From an uncultured Leptospirales bacterium (GTDB taxonomy: Bacteria > Spirochaetota > UBA4802 > UBA5550), in NCBI GenBank assembly GCA_964529415.1, contig CAZGWD010000002.1, forward strand, positions 222,089 through 286,088: a DNA stretch of 64,000 nt. The letters run 5' to 3'. Each line of letters opens with the position of its first letter. Within the stretch, counting starts at the first letter, position 1. The position numbers and the translations under genes are program-made. The notes under the pieces are model-generated. The model ran no database searches, was not told the DNA's origin, and saw nothing but the letters and a program-made list of their open reading frames with translations. Shown here piece after piece: positions 30,026 to 40,122 of the stretch.

Positions 30026-32355
30026 CATCATACGAAATTCCAGTCACCCTTGCAGGTGAAATCAACGATCTTGAAAAATATATTGAGGCATTTGCCAGCA
30101 ATAAAATATCAGACACTGAACTTAAAGCAAGACGGGTTCCTTTCGGGATATACGAGCAGAGAACAAAAGGAACATATATGATGCGGGTCAGATGTTCAGC
30201 AGGGATTATTACACCTGGTCAGCTTTTACGCGTATCAGAGCTTTCCAAGAAGTTCACACCTGGAATTCTTCATATTAGCACCAGGCAGGAAATCCAGATT
30301 CATGACGTAAAGCTGAATGATATTGTTTCTATTTTAAATGAATTATTACGTGCCGGATTATCAACCAGAGGCGGCGGAGGAAACACTGTCCGCAATATTA
30401 CTGCATCATGGGATTCAGGCATTTCCAAAAACGAGGTTTTCGATGTTCATCCCTACGCAGTCGCTCTTACAACTAAATTGACAGCATTGCCGAATTCATG
30501 GCTGATGCCGCGAAAATTCAAGATCGCTTTTTCAAACAATCCGGATGATACAGCATTTGCAACTGTTACAGATGTTGGATTCATTGCAGCTGAAAAAAAC
30601 GGCGTGCACGGATTCAGGGTATATGTAGCTGGAGGACTCGGCAGAATGCCTGAAAGAGGCCATCTGCTTCATGACTTTATTCCTGCAGGCGAATTTTTTG
30701 CTGTAGCTGAATCAGTAAAGCGCCTCTTTTCTATTTACGGTAACAGAAAAAATAAACATAGCGCCAGATTAAGATTTCTCTGGAAAACTCTTGGACGCGA
30801 AAAATTTACAGAAAAATACAACGAAATCAGGACTGACCTGCAAAAAAATGAAATCACATCTCTTCCGGTGATTCCAATTAAAAATGAATCCGTCAGGCAT
30901 ACAGCAGCAGTTTCCGGATCTGTATTATCATCTGAATTTGATTTCTGGAAAAAATATTATGTATATGAACAAAAACAGGCAGGCGCAGTTTCAGTTAAAA
31001 TCCCGATTCAATCCGGCATGATAAGCGCAGACAAAATGATTTTACTTGCAAAACACATTGAAGAGTATGGCGAGAATACAATCCGGTTTACATTAGACCA
31101 GAACATTACTCTTCGCAATATTCCTGAAGCGAATTTAGAATCTCTCTTTTCAGTTATAAAAAAAATCACCGGTCTTGCTGTCAAGGCTCCCTTTTTTGGA
31201 AATGCCGTTGCCTGTGCAGGAGCAAGCACCTGCCAGCTCGGTATCTGTTTATCGCGCGGTGCTCTCAATGCAGTATATGACCGTCTGCTATCATCAGATA
31301 TTGCAGCGGATACTCTTGCAGGGATAAAGCTTAATATTTCAGGATGCCCAAATTCCTGCGGCCAGCATCAGATTTCAGATATAGGATTCTTCGGCAAAGC
31401 ATCACGCATGGGAGAGCATTCTTATCCTGCATATTCTATTGTTGCCGGTTCCAGAATTTCAGCTGACAAGACTGTGCTTGCAGAAAAAATAGATGAAATA
31501 AGCGCTCATGACCTGCCGGTATTTCTGGAGGATATCTTCAGGGAGTATGAAAAGAGCGCAGCAAATTATAATTCATTCACAGATTATATTGAAGCGGAAG
31601 GAAAAGATGCTATAAAAAAAACAGCCGGTTCATACAGGCCTATACCGGATTTTGCTGAAAATAAAAATTACTATTTCGACTGGGGATCGGAAACAAAATT
31701 CTCCGTTACAGGACGGGGAACCGGCGAATGCGCTTCAGGTGTTTTTGATATTATCGATATAGACAGGAAGCATATGGAATCCCTTGAAAAGTCAATAGAA
31801 TCATCCCCGACAGAAGATTCCGTTTATGCGCTTGTTCTGGCTGCTTCAAGAATGCTTCTTGTGACCAGAGGCATTGACACTTCATCTGAAAATGAAATAT
31901 TCTCTGAGTTTAAAAAGCAGTTTATAGAATCCGGTCTGGTTGGAATTCATTATTCTGAAATTATAGATAAAGCAGCCAGCAATGACAGGAGCGGTCTGTT
32001 TGCTGCCAGAAATTCAGTTTTATCTCTCTCTCAGGATATGAATAAATTATATGCAACACTTGATGACTCATTGCAGTTCCATACCGCACATGCATTAAAA
32101 ACAGAATCCCTGGAAAACAGGAATCCGCCTGTTCCGGATCAGACTAAGGATCTTAGAGGCGTTGCCTGCCCTATGAATTTTGTTAAAACCAAAATAGCTT
32201 TATCCTCAATGAAATCCGGAGAACTGCTCGAGGTACTTCTTGATAACGGAGCGCCGATAGAAAATGTTCCAAAATCCGTGGAACTTGAGGGTCATAAAAT
32301 AGCGGCGCAGGAACCAAAAGACGGATTCTGGTCTGTTCTGATCAGGAAGGCCTGA
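30022..32355 (+). CDS. Ferredoxin-type sulfite/nitrite reductase (siroheme-[4Fe-4S]) fused to a C-terminal TusA-like sulfur-relay domain
   Basis: Nitrite/sulfite-reductase half-domains and the cluster-ligand Cys motifs CAGASTCQLGIC and GCPNSCGQH. The C-terminus reads LRGVACPMNFVKTKI...GELLEVLLDNGAPIENVP (TusA/SirA-like, conserved Cys). An uncharacterised ~150-aa segment lies between them; 777 aa overall. Confidence 0.75.
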   Translation: MTSYEIPVTLAGEINDLEKYIEAFASNKISDTELKARRVPFGIYEQRTKGTYMMRVRCSAGIITPGQLLRVSELSKKFTPGILHISTRQEIQIHDVKLNDIVSILNELLRAGLSTRGGGGNTVRNITASWDSGISKNEVFDVHPYAVALTTKLTALPNSWLMPRKFKIAFSNNPDDTAFATVTDVGFIAAEKNGVHGFRVYVAGGLGRMPERGHLLHDFIPAGEFFAVAESVKRLFSIYGNRKNKHSARLRFLWKTLGREKFTEKYNEIRTDLQKNEITSLPVIPIKNESVRHTAAVSGSVLSSEFDFWKKYYVYEQKQAGAVSVKIPIQSGMISADKMILLAKHIEEYGENTIRFTLDQNITLRNIPEANLESLFSVIKKITGLAVKAPFFGNAVACAGASTCQLGICLSRGALNAVYDRLLSSDIAADTLAGIKLNISGCPNSCGQHQISDIGFFGKASRMGEHSYPAYSIVAGSRISADKTVLAEKIDEISAHDLPVFLEDIFREYEKSAANYNSFTDYIEAEGKDAIKKTAGSYRPIPDFAENKNYYFDWGSETKFSVTGRGTGECASGVFDIIDIDRKHMESLEKSIESSPTEDSVYALVLAASRMLLVTRGIDTSSENEIFSEFKKQFIESGLVGIHYSEIIDKAASNDRSGLFAARNSVLSLSQDMNKLYATLDDSLQFHTAHALKTESLENRNPPVPDQTKDLRGVACPMNFVKTKIALSSMKSGELLEVLLDNGAPIENVPKSVELEGHKIAAQEPKDGFWSVLIRKA

Positions 32356-32357
32356 CC

Positions 32358-32588
32358 ATGAAGGAAAAGCATTATCGAAGTATTGTCAAAGGATTTTCAT
32401 ACCGGATATTCGGGACAATGGCAACTATAAGCATTTCATATGCAGCAACAGGAAATTCCGGAACAGCCCTTTCAATCGGATTAGCTGATGTGGCAGTAAA
32501 GGTTGCCATCTATTACTTTCATGAACGTGCATGGAATAAAATTCCACTCGGAAAAATAAAAGCGAAACAGGATGATTATCAAATATAG
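32358..32588 (+). CDS. DUF2061-family small membrane protein
   Basis: 76 aa, KGFSYRIFGTMATISISYAATGN; I recall this family as often adjacent to cysH. Confidence 0.55.
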   Translation: MKEKHYRSIVKGFSYRIFGTMATISISYAATGNSGTALSIGLADVAVKVAIYYFHERAWNKIPLGKIKAKQDDYQI

Positions 32589-32597
32589 AGGTGTACC

Positions 32598-33311
32598 ATG
32601 ACTGCAGAAATAGAAAAATATAAAGAGGAAGTAAGGAATCTGAATGCAGAGGCAATAATTGCCTGGGCTCTGGACACATTCGGGCAATCCAGACTGGTTC
32701 TTGCCTCAAGCATGAGTGCCGAGGACCAGTTGCTGACGCATCTGCTTCTATCCTACAACAATCAATCACGGATATTTACCCTTGATACCGGAAGGCTTTT
32801 TCAGGAGACTTATGATACCATGCAAAAAACCATAGAACGCTATAATTTCTGTTACGAAATTTATGCACCTGAAAACAGTGCTGTTGAATCCCTTGTTGCT
32901 GTACACGGTCCGAATCTGTTTTATAAAAACGTTGAGCTTAGAAAAAAATGCTGTACTGCAAGAAAGACGATCCCCCTGCAACGTGTTCTTAAAACTGCGG
33001 ATGCATGGATTTGCGGACTACGAAGGGACCAGGCTGTAACACGGGATTACATAGAACCGGTTGAGTTTGACCATGAGAATAAACTATTCAAAATAAATCC
33101 ACTTTACAATTGGTCTGAACAGATGGTTTGGGATTCTGTTAAAAGTCTCAGCATCCCCTATAATCCCCTGCAGGATAACGGGTTCCGCAGCATTGGTTGC
33201 GCTCCATGCACACGGGCAATTGGCAGGAATGATGATGTCCGTTCAGGAAGATGGTGGTGGGAAGATCCGGAACACAAGGAGTGCGGATTGCACGCCAAAC
33301 CAAAAACGTAA
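32598..33311 (+). CDS. cysH: Adenylyl-sulfate (APS) reductase, thioredoxin-dependent, Fe-S type
   Basis: PAPS/APS-reductase fold with the cluster cysteines KKCC and CAPC plus the catalytic ECGLH motif; 237 aa. Confidence 0.85.
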   Translation: MTAEIEKYKEEVRNLNAEAIIAWALDTFGQSRLVLASSMSAEDQLLTHLLLSYNNQSRIFTLDTGRLFQETYDTMQKTIERYNFCYEIYAPENSAVESLVAVHGPNLFYKNVELRKKCCTARKTIPLQRVLKTADAWICGLRRDQAVTRDYIEPVEFDHENKLFKINPLYNWSEQMVWDSVKSLSIPYNPLQDNGFRSIGCAPCTRAIGRNDDVRSGRWWWEDPEHKECGLHAKPKT

Positions 33312-33349
33312 ATCACGGATTATAAAGAAATTAAAATTTAAACAGAGAT

Positions 33350-34243
33350 ATGGAAACTAAAATGGATAACTTAGAAAAACTTGAATCAAAAAGCATTTAT
33401 ATTCTACGGGAAGCATACAGGGAATTTAAAAACCTATGCATGCTCTGGTCTATAGGCAAGGACAGCACAGTTCTGTTATGGCTTGCGAGAAAAGCTTTTT
33501 TTGGACATGTGCCGCTGCCGCTTGTGCATATTGACACACATTTTAAAATTCCCGAGATGATTGAATACCGCGACAGGCTCGCACTCGACTGGAATCTTAA
33601 CATGGTTTACGGAGAAAACAGCGAGGCGCTGAAAAACAAACTTACTTTTCCGGATAAAAACGCAGACCGCCTTACCTGCTGCAAGAATCTAAAGAGCGAG
33701 GCTCTCAAGCATACTCTTTCAGGAGACTGGCCCAGATACAGGATGGATCATGCAAAGCGCGAATATGTGCCTGATTCAAACAGGGAACCATATACCGGAG
33801 TAATAGTGGGTGTCCGGGCTGATGAGGAAGGAAGCCGTTCAAAGGAGAGGTACTTTTCTCCGCGCGACAGGGAGAATGAATGGAATGTCGGCGATCAGCC
33901 TCCGGAGCTATGGAATCAGTTTAAAACTGATTTTGCGCCAGGCACGCACCTTCGCATACACCCCCTTCTTGACTGGACCGAACTAAACATATGGGAGTAT
34001 ATCGAAAGGGAAAAGATCCCTACAGTATCTTTATATTACGATCAGGGGACTGGCAAACGGTACAGATCACTCGGTTGCTACCCATGCACAAATTCAGTTG
34101 AGTCCGGCGCAAAAAATGCTGCGGATATAATTCTGGAGCTGAAAAGCGGAAAATTTGCAAACATAGCAGAACGTTCAGGCCGAGCACAGGATAAAGAAGA
34201 TGGCGGCGGATTGGAAGCACTCAGAAAAGAAGGATACATGTAA
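33350..34243 (+). CDS. cysD: Sulfate adenylyltransferase subunit 2
   Basis: PP-loop [18 protein letters not shown]; 297 aa. Confidence 0.9.
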   Translation: METKMDNLEKLESKSIYILREAYREFKNLCMLWSIGKDSTVLLWLARKAFFGHVPLPLVHIDTHFKIPEMIEYRDRLALDWNLNMVYGENSEALKNKLTFPDKNADRLTCCKNLKSEALKHTLSGDWPRYRMDHAKREYVPDSNREPYTGVIVGVRADEEGSRSKERYFSPRDRENEWNVGDQPPELWNQFKTDFAPGTHLRIHPLLDWTELNIWEYIEREKIPTVSLYYDQGTGKRYRSLGCYPCTNSVESGAKNAADIILELKSGKFANIAERSGRAQDKEDGGGLEALRKEGYM

Positions 34244-34342
34244 ATTAAATTTAACAGCAGGCAGATGTGATGATTAACAATACCGATGAATCTTTTTAAT
34301 CATTAATCATCAGCCAAATTATTGCAGATAGAGGAAAATACA

Positions 34343-36130
34343 ATGCGTGAACAGATGAATATAGTAGTAGTAGGACATGTTGACCACGGCAAAAGCACTG
34401 TTATAGGAAGACTACTCGCTGATACCGGCTCGCTTCCTGAAGGAAAACTTGAGCAGGTAAAGCAGACCTGCGAGCGGAATGCACGGCCGTTTGAATATGC
34501 TTTTCTTCTCGATGCCCTTAAGGATGAACAGTCCCAGGGTATAACAATTGACACAGCAAGATGCTTTTTTAAATCCGCAACGCGCGATTACATTATCATA
34601 GATGCCCCAGGGCATGTGGAATTTCTTAAAAACATGATCAGCGGAGCTGCCCGCGCTGAAGCTGCGCTTCTTGTTATAGACGCTAACGAAGGAATCCAGG
34701 AAAATTCAAAACGCCACGGTTATCTTTTGTCCATGCTTGGCATTAAGCAGATTGCAGTGCTTGTAAATAAAATGGATCTTGTCGGCTACAGCAAAAAAGT
34801 TTTTGAATCAGTATGCGGGGAATATGATCTGTTTCTTTCAAAACTTGGATTGCGTCCGGCTGCCTATATACCAATAAGCGCGCGCGATGGCGAAAATCTG
34901 ACAAATGCTGCTGCTGCAATGAAATGGTATAGCGGCAATACAGTTCTTGGCCACATTGATAATTTCACCAGACAGGATGATATCTCTCACAAGCCGTTCA
35001 GATTTCCGGTGCAGGATGTTTACAAATTTACTGAAGCCCTTGACGACCGCCGCATAATTGCAGGTACAGTTGAAACCGGAACAATATCTGTTAATGATAA
35101 AGTCATCTTTCACCCATCCGGTAAAAGATCAGAGATTGTATCGATTGAAGGATTCAATGTGCCGACGCAAACATCTGCCGGTCCGGGTGCAGCAACAGGC
35201 TTTACAATCAAAGATGAGCTGTATCTCCAAAGGGGTGAAGTAATGTGCAGAATTGATGATGAACAGCCTGCAGTCTATTCCCGTTTCAGGGCAAATGTAT
35301 TCTGGATGGGGAACTCACCTATGGTCAAGGGAATAAAATATAAACTTAAAATCGCGACAGCGCGGGTATCAGTCCGGCTTGTTAATATTATTTCAAGCAT
35401 AGATGCAACCGACCTGAGCACATCTTCCGGCAAGCAGCAGATAGACAGGCATGATGTTGCTGAATGCATTTTCGAAACTACAAGGCCGATCGCCTTTGAT
35501 AATATCTCAAACATACAATCCATGGGCAGATTTGTAATAGTCGACAACTATGATATTGCCGGAGGAGGAATCATCACTAATAGCGAAAGCAGCGATGAAG
35601 CGCTTTTTTCAGAACAGATAAAAAAAAGGGAACAGGAGTGGGACAAGGGTTTTGTTACAATCAATGACAGGGAAAACATGTTCAAGCATAAAGCCAAATT
35701 CATTGTTCTTACAGGAACCAAACGCAGCAATGATATTGCCAAACATCTCGAGCGAACGTTATTCAGCAAAAACCATATCTCCTATTACCTGAGCCTTGCA
35801 AATCTGGAAGGCGGTCTTGACAGCGATGTTGTTGATGAGCAGGACAAACGGGATGAGAGGATCCGCCGTCTTGGAGAGCTTGCCCGTATTTTAACGGATG
35901 CAGGAACAATTTTCATTACAGCCATCACTGATGCAAATTCATATGATCTGGATATTTTATCAAGGCTGACATCTCCAAATGAGTTCCTGCATGTTTCTCT
36001 CGGCAGAGAGGTTGAATCAAGCAATGTCAATCACCTTTCACTCGATGAGGACTCCCCTGCTGAACAGCTGACCGGGGCCATTCTTCAGAGTCTGGCCATG
36101 CAGGAAATCATACCCGAGTATTCGATATGA
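34343..36130 (+). CDS. cysN: Sulfate adenylyltransferase subunit 1 (GTPase) with a C-terminal degenerate APS-kinase-like domain
   Basis: [10 protein letters not shown]1 motif, DAPGH and NKMD. The C-terminal ~150 aa resemble APS kinase ([25 protein letters not shown]) but lack the GxxGxGKS P-loop (LTGTKRSND). The start is the ATG at 34343, after GAGGAAAA. Confidence 0.85.
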   Translation: MREQMNIVVVGHVDHGKSTVIGRLLADTGSLPEGKLEQVKQTCERNARPFEYAFLLDALKDEQSQGITIDTARCFFKSATRDYIIIDAPGHVEFLKNMISGAARAEAALLVIDANEGIQENSKRHGYLLSMLGIKQIAVLVNKMDLVGYSKKVFESVCGEYDLFLSKLGLRPAAYIPISARDGENLTNAAAAMKWYSGNTVLGHIDNFTRQDDISHKPFRFPVQDVYKFTEALDDRRIIAGTVETGTISVNDKVIFHPSGKRSEIVSIEGFNVPTQTSAGPGAATGFTIKDELYLQRGEVMCRIDDEQPAVYSRFRANVFWMGNSPMVKGIKYKLKIATARVSVRLVNIISSIDATDLSTSSGKQQIDRHDVAECIFETTRPIAFDNISNIQSMGRFVIVDNYDIAGGGIITNSESSDEALFSEQIKKREQEWDKGFVTINDRENMFKHKAKFIVLTGTKRSNDIAKHLERTLFSKNHISYYLSLANLEGGLDSDVVDEQDKRDERIRRLGELARILTDAGTIFITAITDANSYDLDILSRLTSPNEFLHVSLGREVESSNVNHLSLDEDSPAEQLTGAILQSLAMQEIIPEYSI

Positions 36131-37287
36131 AATCATTTATGCCAGTATGCCTCAATGTCGCAGATTCACGTATTGTGATAATCGGCGGCGGCAAAGTAGC
36201 CCTGCAGAAACTGCAGACAATAATATTATTTTCAGATAAAATTTCTGTATACGCCGGTACTATTCTTGATGAAATTAAAGAACTCAATGTAAGCTGCCAT
36301 GAAAAAGAATACGCTTCTGAATACATTGAAGATGCAATGCTCGTATATGCCTGTACTGACAATGCAGCTTTAAATAGAAGGATTCTTGATGATTGCCGCA
36401 AAACAGGGACTCCCGCCAATATTGCTGATGCGCCGGAACTTTGTGATTTTATATCTCCGGCACTTTTTAAAAAAGGAAACATGAGTGTGGCAGTAAGCTC
36501 CAACGGTGAAGATGCAAAAAAATCTGTAGCGTGGAGGAACATGTTAAGGAGATTTCTAAGCGGCGTTTTACAAAAAGAATCTATTGCTCTGAATTCAGCA
36601 GGAAAAGTGTGGCTTGTCGGAGCCGGGCCTGGTGATCCCGATCTTCTAACAATTAAGGCAGATAAAATCCTCTCCATGGCTGATGTCATTTATTTTGATG
36701 ATCTCCTTGATGACTCCTTTCAAAAACGTTATTCAGCGGAATTTGTGTATGTCGGAAAACGAAAAGGCAGCAACTGCATAACCCAGGAGGAAATCAGCGA
36801 ACAGCTTTATCAGGCTTCAAAATCAGGAAAAATAGTTGTGAGACTCAAGGGAGGAGATCCGCTGATCTTCTCCAGAGGCGGAGAGGAGCTTGATTATCTG
36901 CAGAGCCGGGGAGTTAAAGTTGAGGTTGTCCCGGGAATAAGCGCGTTTCAGGCAGCAGCTGCATCCCAGAAAATACCTCTCTCCCACAGGGGCATATCCA
37001 GAACAATTGGTATTGCATCCGGCCACTATGCCAAAGACGATGATATCCCGGCACTTGCAGCTGACACTGCTGTTTATTATATGGCTTCAACCAAACTAAA
37101 GGAGCTGCAGGCATCTCTTCTGCGCGGAGGAAGAAGCCCTGAAATTCCGGTTGCCCTTATAAGAAATGCAAGCCTCCCTGATGAACAGGTCTGCAGAACT
37201 ACTTTAAAAGATATGGCAGATATAACCATGGCCTCGCCTCTTATAATAATTATAGGGAATTCTGCAAATAATGCCGGTTTTTCCTGA
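36127..37287 (+). CDS. cysG: Siroheme synthase (precorrin-2 dehydrogenase/sirohydrochlorin ferrochelatase N-domain plus uroporphyrinogen-III C-methyltransferase C-domain)
   Basis: N-terminal [14 protein letters not shown] Rossmann fold; C-terminal [22 protein letters not shown] signature; 386 aa. Confidence 0.85.
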   Translation: MKSFMPVCLNVADSRIVIIGGGKVALQKLQTIILFSDKISVYAGTILDEIKELNVSCHEKEYASEYIEDAMLVYACTDNAALNRRILDDCRKTGTPANIADAPELCDFISPALFKKGNMSVAVSSNGEDAKKSVAWRNMLRRFLSGVLQKESIALNSAGKVWLVGAGPGDPDLLTIKADKILSMADVIYFDDLLDDSFQKRYSAEFVYVGKRKGSNCITQEEISEQLYQASKSGKIVVRLKGGDPLIFSRGGEELDYLQSRGVKVEVVPGISAFQAAAASQKIPLSHRGISRTIGIASGHYAKDDDIPALAADTAVYYMASTKLKELQASLLRGGRSPEIPVALIRNASLPDEQVCRTTLKDMADITMASPLIIIIGNSANNAGFS

Positions 37288-37457
37288 AAAAGATCTATTT
37301 AAAACAACAGGAAAACAATCTTCCTATTTAAAAAGTTATTGACTATGATCAGATTTTAAATATATTATTAATTAAGGTTGTTTTTTAAATAAATAAATTT
37401 TTTAATTATTTTAAACTTTTCAAATGAAGAATCGGGTTTTACCGATGAATATATTTA

Positions 37458-38198
37458 ATGGAGAAGATTATGAAAAAAATACTATTCTTCTTTTTATTAT
37501 ACAGCGCTCTTTTTACTTTTAATACAGCCTATGCTGAAATCAGGGTTGTAATGGTTAAAGGCGAGGCTGCATTAAAAATAGGCCGCAACTGGGCTCCTCT
37601 TGCCATCGGGCAGGTATTATATGAAGGATCAGTCATAAGTACCGGAGCAAATTCATATATCAAACTGAAAATAGATGCTCATGATATGACAATTAAACCT
37701 CTTACTACAATTAAGATTTTTAAAAACCAGACCACCTATGGAAAAAACCTTACAAATATCGGACTAAAATACGGCGGTGTATCAGCCAAAGTTAATAAAA
37801 TGGGCACGCTTAAAACAAATTTTAATATAGCAACTCCTGTAGCAACTTCTTCTGTAAGGGGTACTGAAAAGGAAATCAGCTACGGCTCCTCAACAGGCAT
37901 GAAGGTTAATGTCATTGAAAGCATAGTGCGGGTTCACAACAAATCTGGCGTGGACCGCAGTGCTCAGTCTAACAGCGGTTTTTCACAGAAAGCCGGCTCT
38001 CCGCGGCCAGACAGCCCTGCATCAAACACTAAAGCCAAAGCTCTTGCCAGGATTGCTCCGGATGGTCTTTCAAATGAAGAGGTCGAATCTGCAAATAATT
38101 CAACAGACAGCAATCCAAAAGATATTCAGGAACAGATGGATTCGCTTTTCATGGGAAAAGGATCAACAAAAATTAAATTCAATCTTGTTTGGCCGTAA
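37458..38198 (+). CDS. Secreted FecR-like domain protein
   Basis: Signal peptide plus ...IATPVATSSVRGTEK, similar to the 16814 protein. It lies upstream of the CHASE2 cyclase. Confidence 0.5.
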   Translation: MEKIMKKILFFFLLYSALFTFNTAYAEIRVVMVKGEAALKIGRNWAPLAIGQVLYEGSVISTGANSYIKLKIDAHDMTIKPLTTIKIFKNQTTYGKNLTNIGLKYGGVSAKVNKMGTLKTNFNIATPVATSSVRGTEKEISYGSSTGMKVNVIESIVRVHNKSGVDRSAQSNSGFSQKAGSPRPDSPASNTKAKALARIAPDGLSNEEVESANNSTDSNPKDIQEQMDSLFMGKGSTKIKFNLVWP

Positions 38199-38223
38199 AA
38201 TCCGAATCAGGGGCTGAAATAAA

Positions 38224-38712
38224 ATGAACAGAAAAATTCGTTACTTGATTATCAGCAGTATAGTTTTTTTCAGCAGTGTGATGCTCCTTGCGCAACCCTT
38301 CTCCGGTGTAGCTTTCATTAATGACTTATCTGAAAAAGAATTTGCAACTGTCAGTGATGCAGCTGCATTCACAGTCATGATAACCGGCAACGCACCTGGC
38401 GACTATAATTACAATATTTTAATTCTGAAAAAAATCGGGCTGCCTGTTGAAAAACTGACGAATCCGAAAAAAACTCTTACACGCAGCGACGTGGCGCGTC
38501 TCATTGCAAAACTTCTGAATCTTGATGACTCACTGATGTACCTGATTACAAGATCAGGCACATATGCTGTAACTGCATGCAAGGCTGCAGGAATTATCAC
38601 TGGCGCAGGCGGAGCAGACATGCCTGTATCAGGCGGCGAGCTGATTGATATAATGAATGCTGCAGCACACTTTCTTGAAGCTAAAGCAAACCAGGCTTCG
38701 GCAAAAAGGTAA
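38224..38712 (+). CDS. Hypothetical secreted protein
   Basis: 162-aa ORF with an N-terminal signal sequence. Confidence 0.4.
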   Translation: MNRKIRYLIISSIVFFSSVMLLAQPFSGVAFINDLSEKEFATVSDAAAFTVMITGNAPGDYNYNILILKKIGLPVEKLTNPKKTLTRSDVARLIAKLLNLDDSLMYLITRSGTYAVTACKAAGIITGAGGADMPVSGGELIDIMNAAAHFLEAKANQASAKR

Positions 38713-38715
38713 AAA

Positions 38716-40089
38716 ATGAAAATATCAATAAGGAAAATAATTTTAATAATAACCCTGATAATATGCGGAGTAAACCTATATGCTCAAACCGGTCCTATCG
38801 ACAGAAGCGAAGAGGCTTTTTATCCGGATTTTTATAAGGATGAGGATATAAAATCCGCAGCTGTCAGGCATGATGTCCCGCATTTTACATGGGGAGGCTG
38901 GCTCACTCCTGCATTTATTGATATAAGAGAAAACAGTAAAGTTCTCTCGATTCCGTCTCTGACAGTTCGATTGTGGGGAAATTTTTCCCTGCAGCGGAAT
39001 ATATTTTTTTATCTCAGGTTAAAGGATACATTCTCGGTTTCCGCGGTGAATACACTTTTGCCAGGCACAGTTCCGGACAATTCCCGGTTTGAAAGATCTT
39101 CATATATTGCTGAAAAGGGAATTGTATCAAATGTGACTGAGATTGCGGACCTGGCTTATGTCTCTGCAACAACAGAGGATAAAAAAGCTGCAATTCAGTT
39201 CGGAAGAAAGTTTTTTATTCTTGGAACAGGCCTTATTTTAAACAGCAGGGGCGACGGCATTGATGTGAATATTTACACAAAAGCAATTGATATTGAGCTG
39301 CTATCATTTTACACAGGGCTGATACCTGCTGCTTCAAACCCCTATAACCTCACAAGCCGGGATTTATCTCTTGGGTCTGCACGCGCATTTGCCGGTCTCC
39401 GTTTAAGCAAAGATATTGAAAGCCACAATCTGTATACGATTGTTCTGGGACAGTATGATTATGCACCATCCGATCAGTTTCATACTCTGCATGCAGGGCT
39501 GGGCGTAAAAGGCGTTTTCCTGGGCTCTCTGGAATATCAGGGTGAATTTTTTTACCAGTATGGAATGAAAACAGTAAACGGAGTATTGAATAATTTTAAT
39601 GCAATCAGCGCATTGGCAAATATAAATTATTATTTCAGAGTTATGCTAAAGCCTGCAATACTTTTTCAGTATGCATATGGATCAGGAACAAAACCGAACA
39701 GCGCAATTGTGAACGGGTTTGATTATTTTGGATTATATAACGGAGGCACGGCGCTTCGTCCGAAACTGAACAATATTCACATACTTCGCGCTGGTGCTTC
39801 ATTCGTTCCTACTGACACGATTCCGGTTAAACAGTTAAACAGGCTGACCTTAATGGCCAAGTACAGCTTTTACATGAAAGACAACCTCGACACTGATGCG
39901 GGCGGGGGAATCGGTGCAACTGTCGGCAAAATTCCTATAGGCCATGGATTGGATTTTTCCATGACCTGGATTATTTTTCAGGATCTCTCATTCTTTACAA
40001 GTTTCGGACTTTTCTTTCCTGGAGATGCAATGCCTTCAACTGAATCAAACAGAAGCTCTTTCATTGCAGCATTGAATTTCGCTTTTTAA
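38716..40089 (+). CDS. Hypothetical outer-membrane (beta-barrel-like) protein
   Basis: Signal peptide, alternating amphipathic segments, C-terminal ...LNFAF. Confidence 0.4.
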   Translation: MKISIRKIILIITLIICGVNLYAQTGPIDRSEEAFYPDFYKDEDIKSAAVRHDVPHFTWGGWLTPAFIDIRENSKVLSIPSLTVRLWGNFSLQRNIFFYLRLKDTFSVSAVNTLLPGTVPDNSRFERSSYIAEKGIVSNVTEIADLAYVSATTEDKKAAIQFGRKFFILGTGLILNSRGDGIDVNIYTKAIDIELLSFYTGLIPAASNPYNLTSRDLSLGSARAFAGLRLSKDIESHNLYTIVLGQYDYAPSDQFHTLHAGLGVKGVFLGSLEYQGEFFYQYGMKTVNGVLNNFNAISALANINYYFRVMLKPAILFQYAYGSGTKPNSAIVNGFDYFGLYNGGTALRPKLNNIHILRAGASFVPTDTIPVKQLNRLTLMAKYSFYMKDNLDTDAGGGIGATVGKIPIGHGLDFSMTWIIFQDLSFFTSFGLFFPGDAMPSTESNRSSFIAALNFAF

Positions 40090-40122
40090 TTTTATTATCT
40101 TTTATGATTTAAATAACAAATT

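Noticed and set aside
34343-36130. Calling the gene a bifunctional cysNC (active APS kinase)
   Set aside because: The C-terminal domain lacks the GxxGxGKS/T Walker-A loop, so an active kinase is not supported by the sequence. It is annotated as a degenerate kinase-like tail instead.
36108-36689. 193-aa minus-strand ORF rich in Ser/Ala
   Set aside because: It is antisense to cysG and to the cysN 3' end, has low-complexity composition, and shows no domain signal.
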